Source of the DNA: Methanomassiliicoccaceae archaeon
GTDB lineage: Archaea; Thermoplasmatota; Thermoplasmata; Methanomassiliicoccales; Methanomassiliicoccaceae
DNA length: 64,000 nt
Reading direction: 5' to 3'
Assembly: GCA_040776945.1 (NCBI GenBank)
Contig: JAXGZN010000002.1
Span: forward strand, 480,001-544,000
Shown here: positions 39,980 through 50,038 of the stretch, piece after piece
Numbering within the stretch: position 1 is the first letter of the stretch
How the letters are laid out: the number at the start of each line of letters is the position of its first letter
Position numbers and translations under genes: made by a program
The notes under the pieces: generated by a model
The model's database searches: none
Told to the model about the DNA's origin: nothing
What the model saw: the letters and a program-made list of their open reading frames with translations, nothing else

Positions 39980-42511
39980 TCACTTCCCGTATTTCCTTTT
40001 CACCTCTGGAGTGTACCTCCTCAGCAGCGCTGCGTTGCTGACCACCGATACCGAGCTCATGGCCATCGCCGCGGCGGCCACGATGGGATTGAGCAGCAGT
40101 CCAAAGAACGGATACAGCACCCCTGCGGCAATGGGGATGCCTGCGGAATTGTAACCGAGCGCCCAGAACAGGTTCTGGCGTATCTTGGTCAACGTCCTCT
40201 TGGAGAGCTGGATGGCGGCCACCGCATCGAGCAGGTCGCTTCGGATCAGAACTATGTCCCCGGTCTCCATGGCCACATCGGTACCGCTGCCTATGGCGAT
40301 GCCTACGTCCGCCTGCGCCAGAGCCGGCGCGTCGTTCACTCCGTCCCCTATCATGGCCACCCGTCTGCCCTCGGCCTGCAGCCTGGCAACTTCCTGTGCC
40401 TTGTTCTCCGGCAGGACTTCGGCGATGTAGCGGTCGATGCCCACCTGGGAGGCGATGACCTTTGCTGTCCGGGGGTTGTCCCCGGTCAGCATGAGCACAT
40501 CGATCCCCATCTCCTTTAGCTCGGAGACCGCCTCCTTGGACGTCTCCTTCACCACATCGGCAACGCCTATTATGCCTATGAGAGCGGGGCCCGAGGACAC
40601 CAGCATTGCGGTGCGGCCCTCCTCCTCCATGCGCTGCAGGTCGGTCTCCGCTACGGACATGGATATCCCGTTGGAATCCATCATCCTCCTGTTTCCTATG
40701 AGAACTGTCCGCCCGTCGACAACTGCCCTCACTCCCTGCCCGGGAACGGCCTCGAAGCTATCAGCATCAGGGACCGATACGCCGTCTCTCATGGCCCGGC
40801 GGACGATGGCCTCGGCCAGAGGATGCTCGGAGCTCTTCTCCACCGCGGCGGCGGTTCTCAGGACATCGGCCTCGGTGCCATCCAGGACCAAGATGTTGGT
40901 GACCTCCGGTTCTCCTTTGGTGATAGTGCCGGTCTTGTCCATGATCACCAACTGGACCTTGCCTGTGTTCTCCAGGGCCTCAGCGCTCTTGAACAGTATG
41001 CCGTTCTCGGCCCCCTTCCCTGAGCCGACCATGATTGCCGTCGGCGTGGCCAGGCCAAGCGCACAGGGACACGATATCACCAGGACAGAGATGAAAATGA
41101 TCAGTGAGAACACGAACCCCTCGTCCCCTCCCACGAGAACCCCGTAAGCGTAGAGATACCAGATGAAGAACGCCACTGTGGCGATGACTATGACCGCCGG
41201 CACGAACCATGCCGACACACTGTCGGCATACCTCTGTATGGGGGCCTTCGATGATTGGGCATCCTCCACCAGTCTGATTATCTGCGCCAAAGCGGTGTCC
41301 TTTCCCACCTTGGTGGCTCGGACCTTGAGGACCCCGTTCTTGTTGATGGAACCGCCGACCACAGGTGATCCCGAGGTCTTGTCGATCGGTATGGACTCAC
41401 CGGTGATCATGCTCTCGTCGACCGCGGAACTGCCATCCTCCACCGTTCCATCGGTAGCGATCTTCTCCCCAGGGCGAACGATGAACAGATCATCGACCTT
41501 CAGGAGCTCGACCGGGACCTCTATCTCGGCCCCGTCCCTGACGACCCTGGCGGTCCGGGCCTGTAGTCCCACTAGCTTGCGTATGGCCTGAGACGTCCGC
41601 CCCTTGGCCTTGGCCTCAAGGTATTTGCCGAACAATATCAGGGAGATGATCATGGCCGAGCTGTCGAAGTAGGTGTGATGATGGAAAGGTATCAGCGATG
41701 GGAAGAACACCACGGCCACTGAATAGAAGTACGCGGCCGATGAACCCATTGCGATCAAGGTATCCATGTTCGCGCGGCGGTTCTTCAGAGCGTAATAGGT
41801 GCCCAGGTAGAACTGGAAGCCTGCTATGAACTGAACCGGGGTGGCCATTATGAACAGCAGGAGGTTCTCGAACCCGGATATGCCCAGCGCCGCCCCCCAG
41901 CCGAAGAAGTCGAACCCGATCATGAGGACCATTATCGGAACGCTCAAGGCAAGGGAGAACACAAGAAGGGTCAACTGTCTCTTCTGTTCCTTCTCTCTTT
42001 CCGCCATCTCTGTGTCCAGAGTCTCGGACTCCAGCACCTCGTAGCCCGCGTTCACGATGGCGGCCTTAATCGCTTCGAGGGTCACCATCTCCGGGTTGAA
42101 TCGAACCATGGCCTTCTCCGTGGCCAGATTGACACTGGCGGAGAGGACGCCTTCCATTGCGGTCAATACATCCTCTATTATGCCGGCGCAGGAGGCGCAG
42201 ACCATGCCTTTGATCCCCAACGTGACCTGGTCCACCGCTACGTCGTAGCCTGCCTTCTGGACGGCGGCGGCGATCTTCGATGGATCGACCAGCGAAGGAT
42301 CGTATACCACCCGGGCCTTCTCAGTTGCCAGGTTGACCGGGGCCTCTATCACCCCTGGCAATTTCCCGATGGCATCCTCGACGGTACCAGCGCAGGATGC
42401 GCAGGTCATCCCGGTAACTCCCAATGTTATCGTCTTCGTCGTTCCCGGACCAGGCTTCGGGGGCGGCAAAGGGCAGACCTCATCATTGCACGGCTCGTTC
42501 ACGCCAAGCAA
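39980..42511 (-). CDS. copA: Cu+-transporting P1B-type ATPase
   Basis: Two GMxCASC HMA domains, TGES, CPCALGLA, DKTGT, GDGVND, YN..IP..G, MAMSS. Confidence 0.96.
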   Translation of the reverse strand: MLGVNEPCNDEVCPLPPPKPGPGTTKTITLGVTGMTCASCAGTVEDAIGKLPGVIEAPVNLATEKARVVYDPSLVDPSKIAAAVQKAGYDVAVDQVTLGIKGMVCASCAGIIEDVLTAMEGVLSASVNLATEKAMVRFNPEMVTLEAIKAAIVNAGYEVLESETLDTEMAEREKEQKRQLTLLVFSLALSVPIMVLMIGFDFFGWGAALGISGFENLLLFIMATPVQFIAGFQFYLGTYYALKNRRANMDTLIAMGSSAAYFYSVAVVFFPSLIPFHHHTYFDSSAMIISLILFGKYLEAKAKGRTSQAIRKLVGLQARTARVVRDGAEIEVPVELLKVDDLFIVRPGEKIATDGTVEDGSSAVDESMITGESIPIDKTSGSPVVGGSINKNGVLKVRATKVGKDTALAQIIRLVEDAQSSKAPIQRYADSVSAWFVPAVIVIATVAFFIWYLYAYGVLVGGDEGFVFSLIIFISVLVISCPCALGLATPTAIMVGSGKGAENGILFKSAEALENTGKVQLVIMDKTGTITKGEPEVTNILVLDGTEADVLRTAAAVEKSSEHPLAEAIVRRAMRDGVSVPDADSFEAVPGQGVRAVVDGRTVLIGNRRMMDSNGISMSVAETDLQRMEEEGRTAMLVSSGPALIGIIGVADVVKETSKEAVSELKEMGIDVLMLTGDNPRTAKVIASQVGIDRYIAEVLPENKAQEVARLQAEGRRVAMIGDGVNDAPALAQADVGIAIGSGTDVAMETGDIVLIRSDLLDAVAAIQLSKRTLTKIRQNLFWALGYNSAGIPIAAGVLYPFFGLLLNPIVAAAAMAMSSVSVVSNAALLRRYTPEVKRKYGK

Positions 42512-42643
42512 TTGACCTAGCCTTTCAATTAACTTTGCCCCGATAAAAAGGAGAGTCGGGTCCCTTTACGAACGTAAGGTCGAGGCGGGCCGCCCCTCTC
42601 CGAATGGGAAGTAATTTTAACATAGCGTTCCAAAGGATAGAGC

Positions 42644-43234
42644 ATGATGGGATTGGATGAGAACGATTTGAACATCCTCAACGTTCTCCAGACCAATGGT
42701 CGACTATCCTATCGGCAGATATCCGAGAGGATCAGGATATCTGTTCCCACGGTGAGCAGCAAGATCGGCAACCTAGAGCGGATAGGCATCATCAGCGGTT
42801 ATCACGCCCGACTCGACCCTGAGAGGATGGGCGAGTTCAGCGCCATGGTGACGGTGAAGGCCCGCCCCTCGGAGCTGCCTGTGGTCATACGCCATTTTAA
42901 AAGTGATGACCAGGTGCGGCAGGTGTTCCTGCTGACCGGCGGTCGCCTTCTCCTCATATGCACATACGTGGATGTGCGAGCGCTGAACGAGTTTGCCTCC
43001 AAGCTAGCTTTGATCCCTGAGATATTGGACTATGACGTTGCTAACGTGATAGGCGTGGCCAAGGAGCTGCACAGAGCGGTCGTGGCCTCTGGGGCATCGC
43101 CGACCGCCAAGTGTGCCAATTGCGGGATCGAGATACGAGGGGGTGCCCTCCGCCTTAAGAAGGGTTCCTTGGTCCATCATCTATGTTCCGAAGGCTGCCT
43201 CGCCGCTTTCCGCGGCCGTCTGGGTAAATTATGA
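42644..43234 (+). CDS. Lrp/AsnC regulator with C-terminal TRASH metal-binding domain (CopR/CopT-like)
   Basis: N-terminal HTH; CANCG...HLCSEGC; divergent from copA. Confidence 0.85.
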   Translation: MMGLDENDLNILNVLQTNGRLSYRQISERIRISVPTVSSKIGNLERIGIISGYHARLDPERMGEFSAMVTVKARPSELPVVIRHFKSDDQVRQVFLLTGGRLLLICTYVDVRALNEFASKLALIPEILDYDVANVIGVAKELHRAVVASGASPTAKCANCGIEIRGGALRLKKGSLVHHLCSEGCLAAFRGRLGKL

Positions 43235-43290
43235 TGAGATGGGCCGCGGCCGGTTGGAGCAGCCCTATCATCAACACATGGTCAGATCGT

Positions 43291-44055
43291 TCAGCGGTCG
43301 TCGGAGAGCCGGCTCTCAGGGGTCCCTAGGAGCAGATCGGGCAGCGACCTCACGCTGTCGATGAACACAGAACAGCCGGCCCTTATCCAATCATCGCGCC
43401 CGAAGGTGCCGCTCAGAACACCGATGAAGCCGGCCGAGACCGAGCGGGCGCAGCTGAGGTCCATCCCATGATCGCCAACCAAGACGCAATCTACGGCCTT
43501 GAGCCCCATCATGCCAGCGATCCTCTCCATCGCCTTGCCGTTCGGTTTTGCCTCCTCCTCAGGAAAATCGTCCCGGCAGATCATCGGAACCGTCATAAGG
43601 TCCAGACCAGCGTAGTGTATGGCGGCCTGGGCGTATGCACGGGACCCACGGGTCAGGATACCGATGGCGAGGCCTGCCCCCTCGATACTAGCGAGACAGT
43701 CCTCGGCACCTTCGATCGGAGTGGTGTCGGCAACGTGCTCTATCTCCGTCATGTTCATGATGTCGCTCATGGCCCGATGCAACTGCGGGACTTTTCCCCC
43801 TAGACCATTGGCCTTTAGATAGTTCACCGCTTTTGCGAGATCATCGGCGGTGGTCCTTCCGCCTTCAAGCTCTGATGCCGGGATGCCGTGGGCGATGAGC
43901 CCTCCAACGATCCGGAGCCTCATCAGGCCGAAGTTGACGGTGGAATTGATGAGCGTGCCGTCAAGATCGAACACGACGCCGCGGACGCGCCGACCGAGGT
44001 TGCGAGGAACGATCACGCTGTCCTCATCACCCTCCGGATATTTAGTGAGGTCCAT
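43291..44055 (-). CDS. HAD family hydrolase
   Basis: FDLDGTL, LTRG, KP, VGD...D motifs. Confidence 0.9.
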   Translation of the reverse strand: MDLTKYPEGDEDSVIVPRNLGRRVRGVVFDLDGTLINSTVNFGLMRLRIVGGLIAHGIPASELEGGRTTADDLAKAVNYLKANGLGGKVPQLHRAMSDIMNMTEIEHVADTTPIEGAEDCLASIEGAGLAIGILTRGSRAYAQAAIHYAGLDLMTVPMICRDDFPEEEAKPNGKAMERIAGMMGLKAVDCVLVGDHGMDLSCARSVSAGFIGVLSGTFGRDDWIRAGCSVFIDSVRSLPDLLLGTPESRLSDDR

Positions 44056-44212
44056 GCATGCTCATTATCAATAGAAATAATAGCAGGCCAGATGGCTATC
44101 TGCAAGGCGTCATTACCAGTTTTGATATTTAAAGGTATTCGGAGCATGCTCAACTACCTCTTTTATATTTCAAAAACCAAAACGGTCTAAAAAGGAAGAC
44201 CGGTGAGGAAAG

Positions 44213-44434
44213 ATGAAAGCAAGAACAATGACCCTGATTGGATTCGTAGCGCTCTTATTGGCCGCGTTCGGCACGGTCGCAGTGGTAGCTGACGTGGCCT
44301 CGGTGAACCTCATCATTCCAGGAATAGACCCGCACATCATCCCGGGCATCGATCCTCATATCATCCCCGGTATCGATCCGCACATCATTCCAGGAATAGA
44401 CCCGCACATCATCCCGGGCATCGATCCTCATTAA
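44213..44434 (+). CDS. Secreted-type propeptide with 5x IIPGIDPH repeats
   Basis: GGTGAGG SD, basic N-terminus plus hydrophobic stretch, repeats differing only at synonymous sites, own terminator. Confidence 0.85.
   Translation: MKARTMTLIGFVALLLAAFGTVAVVADVASVNLIIPGIDPHIIPGIDPHIIPGIDPHIIPGIDPHIIPGIDPH
44312..44431 (+). repeat. Five tandem 24-bp units encoding IIPGIDPH
   Basis: Unit1=unit4 and unit2=unit5 at DNA level; units 1, 2 and 3 differ only at codon third positions. Confidence 0.97.
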
Positions 44435-44438
44435 GCTC

Positions 44439-44480
44439 ATTGCCTCTTGCCCCCCTCGAGGCAATATATTTTTTATTTTT
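44439..44480 (+). terminator. Terminator between the convergent peptide and TPR genes
   Basis: ATTGCCTC...GAGGCAAT stem followed by TTTTTTATTTT. Confidence 0.7.
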
Positions 44481-44481
44481 C

Positions 44482-47172
44482 TCAGGCCAGGCTAGCAAGG
44501 GCCTGCTCGACCTCTTTTTTTAGATTCTCCGCAGACCCATGCGTAGTGAGCTGCAACGCCTCCTGAAGCAGACCGCTTGCGCCCTCTTTATCGCCGTTCT
44601 TTATGAACTGCTGGGCTATCTCATACAGCCAGCGCCCCAGAAGTAGGGGCGCGTCTTGCCTTCTGATGGTTTCCAAGGCATCGGTGAACTCGGCCTTGGC
44701 CCACTCCCACTCCATTCTCTTGTTGAAAATATAGCCGCGCATCAGGTGCAGGTCCGCCAACAGAACATTGTTCCCGAGCTTCTCGAATATCTTGCTCGCT
44801 TGGTTGATATGCTCTTGAGCCTGTTCCAGCATGTCGATCTCCACATACACGACCACAGCGTTCCTGAGCGCATATCCTTGCAGCTCCAGGTTCCCGGAGG
44901 TGCGGCCCATTTCAGCCGCCCGCTCGTGATATTTGACCGCCTCAGAATAGTTGTGCACCTCTGCCAGGCTTGTACCAAGACCGATGCATATCTTGGCGAT
45001 ATTGTCTACATCCCCTGTCCTTTCTATGACCTCCAGCGCCTCCTTTTTATATTTGATGGCCTGGTGATGGTCGATCAATGACGAGTACACGCGCCCGATG
45101 CCATACAAGGCCAATCCCAGACCGATATCGTCCATAGCGCTTTGTGCAAGTTCCATAGAACGGCGGAAGGCAACCATTGCATCTTGGTGGCGGCCTCGGT
45201 TCTGCAGAACCCCTCCCAGGTCGTAATAGGTCTCCACCAGTGCGTGAGGGTCTTTCACGTCCTCCGCCAACCCAAGGCTCCGCTTGAGATATTCCTCGGC
45301 CTTATCGAACACCGAGCGCCTAAGGTAGATAGCGCCAAGCCTGCGGTTGACCTCAGCTAGCAGTCTGCGGTCCGTTTGCGGATCGCTCAGGCCTATGATC
45401 TCCTCGAACCTGGTTATCGCCTGGTCCCACTCTCCGCGAACCTCTAGGACATCGCCCTCGAGGAGAAGAAGCTCCATCTTCTCACTTCGATCGATGTTAT
45501 CGCACTGTGCCCTAAGAGATGTGAGGAGAGGTGCGAACGGAAGGCTGTAGCCCTTGGATATGATGTCCCGGCCGCTGCCTGCCGCGATCCGCACCGCGGT
45601 GCTGTACTCCTTGGCCATCAAGCAATGGTACAACGCCTCCACGTGCGCTGGAGCGGAATTATCCAAGAGGTAATACCTGGACGCTGCCTTGTGATAGGTA
45701 ACGCGCTGCCGCGGAGAAAGCCGGGAGTAGAAGAAGTCGCGCAGCAGGTCATGCATCCCGATCATGCGACCTAAGGACTCATGCATCAGCGATTTGGAAA
45801 GGAGTGAATCTATGGTATCATAGTCGACGAGGTAGTCCTTGTACTCCATCTCCTTCTGGAAAAGACCAAGGTCTTTGGCGATCTCTTCCTCCATGGTGAA
45901 GAAAGCGTCAACGAGCACCGGATAGCGGAACACCGAGGCGATGTCCATTATCCTGCGCTCGGTTATGTCGAGCTTGGAATATACCTCCTGCTCAATGAAC
46001 ATGCGGACGTTCTTTCCCAGAGCGCTCTGCGGACCGTCCACCAGCTCCAAAAAGAGAGGATGCCCTCGGGTGGCCCGGTATATGTCCATCAGCTCGTGCT
46101 CGGGCAGTTCGCGATTCCGCATGAGGCGTAGAGAGCTCTCAACATCCAGGCCCTCCAGCATCATCTCCTTGACCTGCCCCTTGAAGACGGCCGCACGCGA
46201 GTAGAACGAGGGGATCTCACGACTTGTGCAGATCAAAGAGACGTCAGAGATGGACTCAAGAACGATCACCATTGCGGACAGGAACTCTTGCACCGTCCTG
46301 TCCCCTTTCTGAACATCGTCGATGATGAACACCGTTGGCAGGTCCTGGAGGTCCATCTCCAAGATCCCGCATACCTCTCCTACCGCCGGGCTGTCCGTCC
46401 TAGAAAGATATCGCTCAAGCCCCTTCTTGCCGAGCTGCGAAAGGAATTCCGCGATCGGCGTGAGAAGGATCTTTAGGTTCACCCATTCATGGACCCGATA
46501 CCAGTATACGTGCCTCTGTTCCCTTATGTCCTGGACGAACTTCGCGAGGAGAGTGGTCTTCCCGATCCCCGGGATGCCGCAGACGGCCATTATGCTCGCC
46601 GTATCAGAGTTGAGAAAGTCGATAAGTTCGGCCATCTCTTTCTGCCTTCCATAGAAGCTGCGGACCGTTGGCTTGCGATCGGTGTAATCCACGAACCTCC
46701 GCTCCTGCTTAACTTTCCCCTCGTGGAAAGAAGAGCAGTCAAAGCTCCCCCTCGACACGCTGATCGCGAGGTCGAGGAAGGCATATCTCTTCGGCAGATA
46801 CAGGGACAGCTTGCCCAGCTCGTCCTCATGCACCTTGCCATCAAAATCGATAATGTTGATCTTGGTGCGTTCGATCTCGAGCTTGAGATTGAGGGCGTTC
46901 TGATAGCCGCTGGGAGTTAGGAAGTAGACCTTTTTTACACTGGCGAACCCCTTGACATGTCTGGTGTGGACCTCGACCACGCCTTCCCCTTCCATGCTAT
47001 TTACGATCTTGGAGACATTGTTCCGTCCGACATCGACAGCCTCAGCTATCCCTTCCTGGGTAACGGTCGCCGGAGCGTCAGGATCTTGCTGATACCTCTG
47101 GTATGCCAGGAGGTGCAGGATGACCCTCTCACGCACGGTAAGCAGGGACTTCCTGGAGGAGCGGTTCACCAA
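44482..47172 (-). CDS. Winged-HTH + STAND/NB-ARC-like NTPase + TPR protein
   Basis: N-terminal TQEGIAEAV...NVSK HTH; FYGR..E, GIPGIGKTT Walker A, IIDD Walker B, GHPL; multiple TPR-like helical repeats. Confidence 0.88.
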   Translation of the reverse strand: MVNRSSRKSLLTVRERVILHLLAYQRYQQDPDAPATVTQEGIAEAVDVGRNNVSKIVNSMEGEGVVEVHTRHVKGFASVKKVYFLTPSGYQNALNLKLEIERTKINIIDFDGKVHEDELGKLSLYLPKRYAFLDLAISVSRGSFDCSSFHEGKVKQERRFVDYTDRKPTVRSFYGRQKEMAELIDFLNSDTASIMAVCGIPGIGKTTLLAKFVQDIREQRHVYWYRVHEWVNLKILLTPIAEFLSQLGKKGLERYLSRTDSPAVGEVCGILEMDLQDLPTVFIIDDVQKGDRTVQEFLSAMVIVLESISDVSLICTSREIPSFYSRAAVFKGQVKEMMLEGLDVESSLRLMRNRELPEHELMDIYRATRGHPLFLELVDGPQSALGKNVRMFIEQEVYSKLDITERRIMDIASVFRYPVLVDAFFTMEEEIAKDLGLFQKEMEYKDYLVDYDTIDSLLSKSLMHESLGRMIGMHDLLRDFFYSRLSPRQRVTYHKAASRYYLLDNSAPAHVEALYHCLMAKEYSTAVRIAAGSGRDIISKGYSLPFAPLLTSLRAQCDNIDRSEKMELLLLEGDVLEVRGEWDQAITRFEEIIGLSDPQTDRRLLAEVNRRLGAIYLRRSVFDKAEEYLKRSLGLAEDVKDPHALVETYYDLGGVLQNRGRHQDAMVAFRRSMELAQSAMDDIGLGLALYGIGRVYSSLIDHHQAIKYKKEALEVIERTGDVDNIAKICIGLGTSLAEVHNYSEAVKYHERAAEMGRTSGNLELQGYALRNAVVVYVEIDMLEQAQEHINQASKIFEKLGNNVLLADLHLMRGYIFNKRMEWEWAKAEFTDALETIRRQDAPLLLGRWLYEIAQQFIKNGDKEGASGLLQEALQLTTHGSAENLKKEVEQALASLA

Positions 47173-47294
47173 GCCAGAATGAGGATATTAGGAATAAAAT
47201 GTTTCTAATAAATTCAGCAAAAAAAGAGCATGCTCAAAATCGTATTATATACGCACAAGGAGAAAATAGGTATGAAGAATACAAGGTGATCGGA

Positions 47295-47843
47295 ATGAAC
47301 AACGGTTCCAAGATATCCCTGCTCCTTGAGGACTATCCTCGGAATGGCTATCACATATACTCCAAGATCGTTGGTCGCTCCACCAGCGGCCTCTGCATTT
47401 CCCGCCTGCATCCCGAATACGTGGGCCAGAAGTACGGCCTGGAGATGTCCAAAAGATACTGGCTAAGCGGCCAGAGCGGCGTTGACGTGATCTCCCCTAA
47501 GTCCCTTAACCACCTCCTCAAAGTGATCCGCCAGGAGCTTAGGGGCAGATCGGGAGGAACAATATTCCTCGACGGACTGGAATATCTTCTTCTATTCCAC
47601 GATATGAACAGGATACTTGGCATCCTAGAGCAGATCGATTCCCTCCTCAGGGAGGCCAAGGTGGAGCTCATCGTGGCTATGGACCCCCTGACCTTCGAGC
47701 AGAAGGACCTCGATACGCTTTATGCGGCCTTCCCTCACTCTTCCAGTGAAGAGATGATGGCAAGGCTGTCTGCCCAGGGCCCCTCGGCCATGGCCTCGAC
47801 CAGAGCGGTGTCCGCACCTCCCAGGGCCAGTCTGCGGGTCTGA
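47295..47843 (+). CDS. DUF835 domain protein
   Basis: GLCISRLHP, YWLS, IFLDGLEYLL, MDP; divergent from the STAND gene. Confidence 0.85.
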   Translation: MNNGSKISLLLEDYPRNGYHIYSKIVGRSTSGLCISRLHPEYVGQKYGLEMSKRYWLSGQSGVDVISPKSLNHLLKVIRQELRGRSGGTIFLDGLEYLLLFHDMNRILGILEQIDSLLREAKVELIVAMDPLTFEQKDLDTLYAAFPHSSSEEMMARLSAQGPSAMASTRAVSAPPRASLRV

Positions 47844-47955
47844 GAGGGAGACCACTCCCCTTCCCCAAATCCCTTAATTTCTTTTGTCTGCCCTTTTCAT
47901 CGGTCATGGCTCCTTGCCCGTTTGGTCACGGAACGGACAAGAGGGTCCGATGGGC

Positions 47956-48510
47956 TCAGATGCATTCACTAGGGGTCACGATCTCGGCGAAGCGCCTGAG
48001 GCGGGCAACATATCGCGGGTCCATGGACAATGGGTCCAGAGGGACGAGCATGAGGGCTCTCGAGGCCATGATCCCATCGTTCACCTGTTCAAGGAACATC
48101 TGCACTTTGGTGGGGTCGTTGAACAAGGTCAAATACTCCACGCCCTCAAGGAGCACGACCGCGTTCCTCTTGCCCATTAAGAACGTCGAGACACGCTGCG
48201 ATATCCTGTGAAGCTGGTTCGGCGGAATGTTGGCAGCACCCGGCCGCTCGCTCAGCCAAGCGCATTCCAGCGATACTCCGGGCATCTGCTCTTGAAGCAG
48301 ATCTGGGTGCAGGCGGGTGACACACAGTGCCTTTGAGCCGGAAAAGACGAAATCCTGCAATATCCTCAGCGTCCTCTCCATCTTCTTCTCGCAAACGAAA
48401 TATATCCTTCCGAAATCAAAAAGGAAATCCTCTCCGGCGCTCAAGCTCACAAGGTCGGCACTCAATGTGTTGCCTCTCTGAGGAATCGGCACGGACGAAT
48501 TCACTTCCAC
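47956..48510 (-). CDS. DUF835 domain protein
   Basis: ALCVTRLHP, WLS, LLEGVEYL..FN, LDP. Confidence 0.85.
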   Translation of the reverse strand: MEVNSSVPIPQRGNTLSADLVSLSAGEDFLFDFGRIYFVCEKKMERTLRILQDFVFSGSKALCVTRLHPDLLQEQMPGVSLECAWLSERPGAANIPPNQLHRISQRVSTFLMGKRNAVVLLEGVEYLTLFNDPTKVQMFLEQVNDGIMASRALMLVPLDPLSMDPRYVARLRRFAEIVTPSECI

Positions 48511-48652
48511 AACCCCGGAACGAGGTCTGGGGCGTTATCAAGATTGTTTTAGATATATAAAAAGCCAATCTCGTAAAAGTTCGAAAGGGTGCCCCACCGC
48601 CCTCCCATCGATCTCTCCGAGAAGGCGAACGGGGCAGGACAGGCCTCACGCT

Positions 48653-49972
48653 TCACCGCACATTGTTCATCTCTCCGCTGAGGTATTTGGCGTAACCGCC
48701 CATGTCAAGAAGGCCATGCCCGGAAAGGTTGAACACTATGGTCTTCTCTTCGTTCTTCCTCTTGGCCTCGAGCGCCAGGTCCATGGCCGCCTTGATGGCA
48801 TGCGAGGATTCGGGTGCAGGGACTATCCCTTCAGCACGGGCGAAGATAATCGCGGCTTCGAACGTCTGCAGCTGCTCATAGGACACCGCACGGGCGAACC
48901 CCTGATCGACCACCGCGGTCACGGCCGGGGCCATCCCATGGTAGCGGAGCCCGCCGGCGTGTATCGAGGAGGGCACGAAGTCGTGGCCCAAGGTATACAT
49001 CTTCAGCAGAGGGGTCATTCCTGCGGTGTCGCCGAAGTCGTACCGGTTCTCGCCCTTGGTGATGGAAGGGACCGAGGTAGGCTCGACCGCTATGAACTCG
49101 GTATCGATCTTCCCCTTGATCTTCTTCCCGATCATCGGGAAACTGAACCCGGCGAAGTTGCTCCCTCCGCCCACGCAGCCGACCATGTAGTCGGGAACAA
49201 CGTCGATCAGTTCCAGTTGTTGCATGACCTCCTGGCCGATGACGGTCTGGTGCAGCATTACGTGATTGAGCACACTGCCCAAAGAGTATTTCGTGTTGGG
49301 CTGGTGGATGCAAAGCTCGATGGCCTCGGAGATGGCGATCCCCAGCGTCCCGGGATGGTCGGGGCGTTCTTTCAGGACCTTCCTGCCATACTCGGTCTCG
49401 CTGCTGGGTGATGAATGCACCTTGGACCCGTAGGTCTCCATGATGAGACGCCTGAACGGCTTTTGGTCATATGACACCCTGACCATGAACACGGTGCAGT
49501 TCATGTCGAAATGGGCGCAGGCCAAGGCAAGCGCGGAGCCCCACTGTCCTGCGCCCGTTTCCGTGGTCAGGTTCTCCACCCCTTCCTTCATATTGTAATA
49601 CGCTTGGGGCAGGGCCGAGTTGGGCTTATGCGACCCAGCAGGAGAGAGGTCCTCGCGCTTGAAATAGATCTTGGCCGGGGTCTTAAGGAAGGCTTCCAAC
49701 CGCCGGGCTCTTTGCAGCGGCGACGGCCGGCCCAACATCAGATACGAATCCCTGACCTCTTCCGGTATGTCGATATATCTTTCGGTGGACATCTCCTGGG
49801 CGATGGCGGCCTTCGGAAATATCGCCGCAAGTTCCTCAGGCCTTGCCGGTTCCATGGTCTGAGGGTTCAGAGGAGGCGGGATAGGCACTGGCAGGTCGGC
49901 AGCAATGTTGTACCATCTGCGGGGGATGTCATCGATGTTAAGGATCACCTTGTCTTCAGCGTGTATTGCCAT
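48653..49972 (-). CDS. trpB2: Tryptophan synthase beta chain 2 (TrpB2)
   Basis: [44 protein letters not shown]; no trpA adjacent. Confidence 0.93.
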   Translation of the reverse strand: MAIHAEDKVILNIDDIPRRWYNIAADLPVPIPPPLNPQTMEPARPEELAAIFPKAAIAQEMSTERYIDIPEEVRDSYLMLGRPSPLQRARRLEAFLKTPAKIYFKREDLSPAGSHKPNSALPQAYYNMKEGVENLTTETGAGQWGSALALACAHFDMNCTVFMVRVSYDQKPFRRLIMETYGSKVHSSPSSETEYGRKVLKERPDHPGTLGIAISEAIELCIHQPNTKYSLGSVLNHVMLHQTVIGQEVMQQLELIDVVPDYMVGCVGGGSNFAGFSFPMIGKKIKGKIDTEFIAVEPTSVPSITKGENRYDFGDTAGMTPLLKMYTLGHDFVPSSIHAGGLRYHGMAPAVTAVVDQGFARAVSYEQLQTFEAAIIFARAEGIVPAPESSHAIKAAMDLALEAKRKNEEKTIVFNLSGHGLLDMGGYAKYLSGEMNNVR

Positions 49973-50038
49973 GTCTCAAGGGAAAAGGATGCTAAATATT
50001 TAACACTTATGCGTATTGATGAACACATATGAACATTA

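Noticed and set aside
44312-44431. 24-bp repeats as a CRISPR array
   Set aside because: The units are contiguous with no spacers, vary synonymously within an ORF, and no cas genes are present
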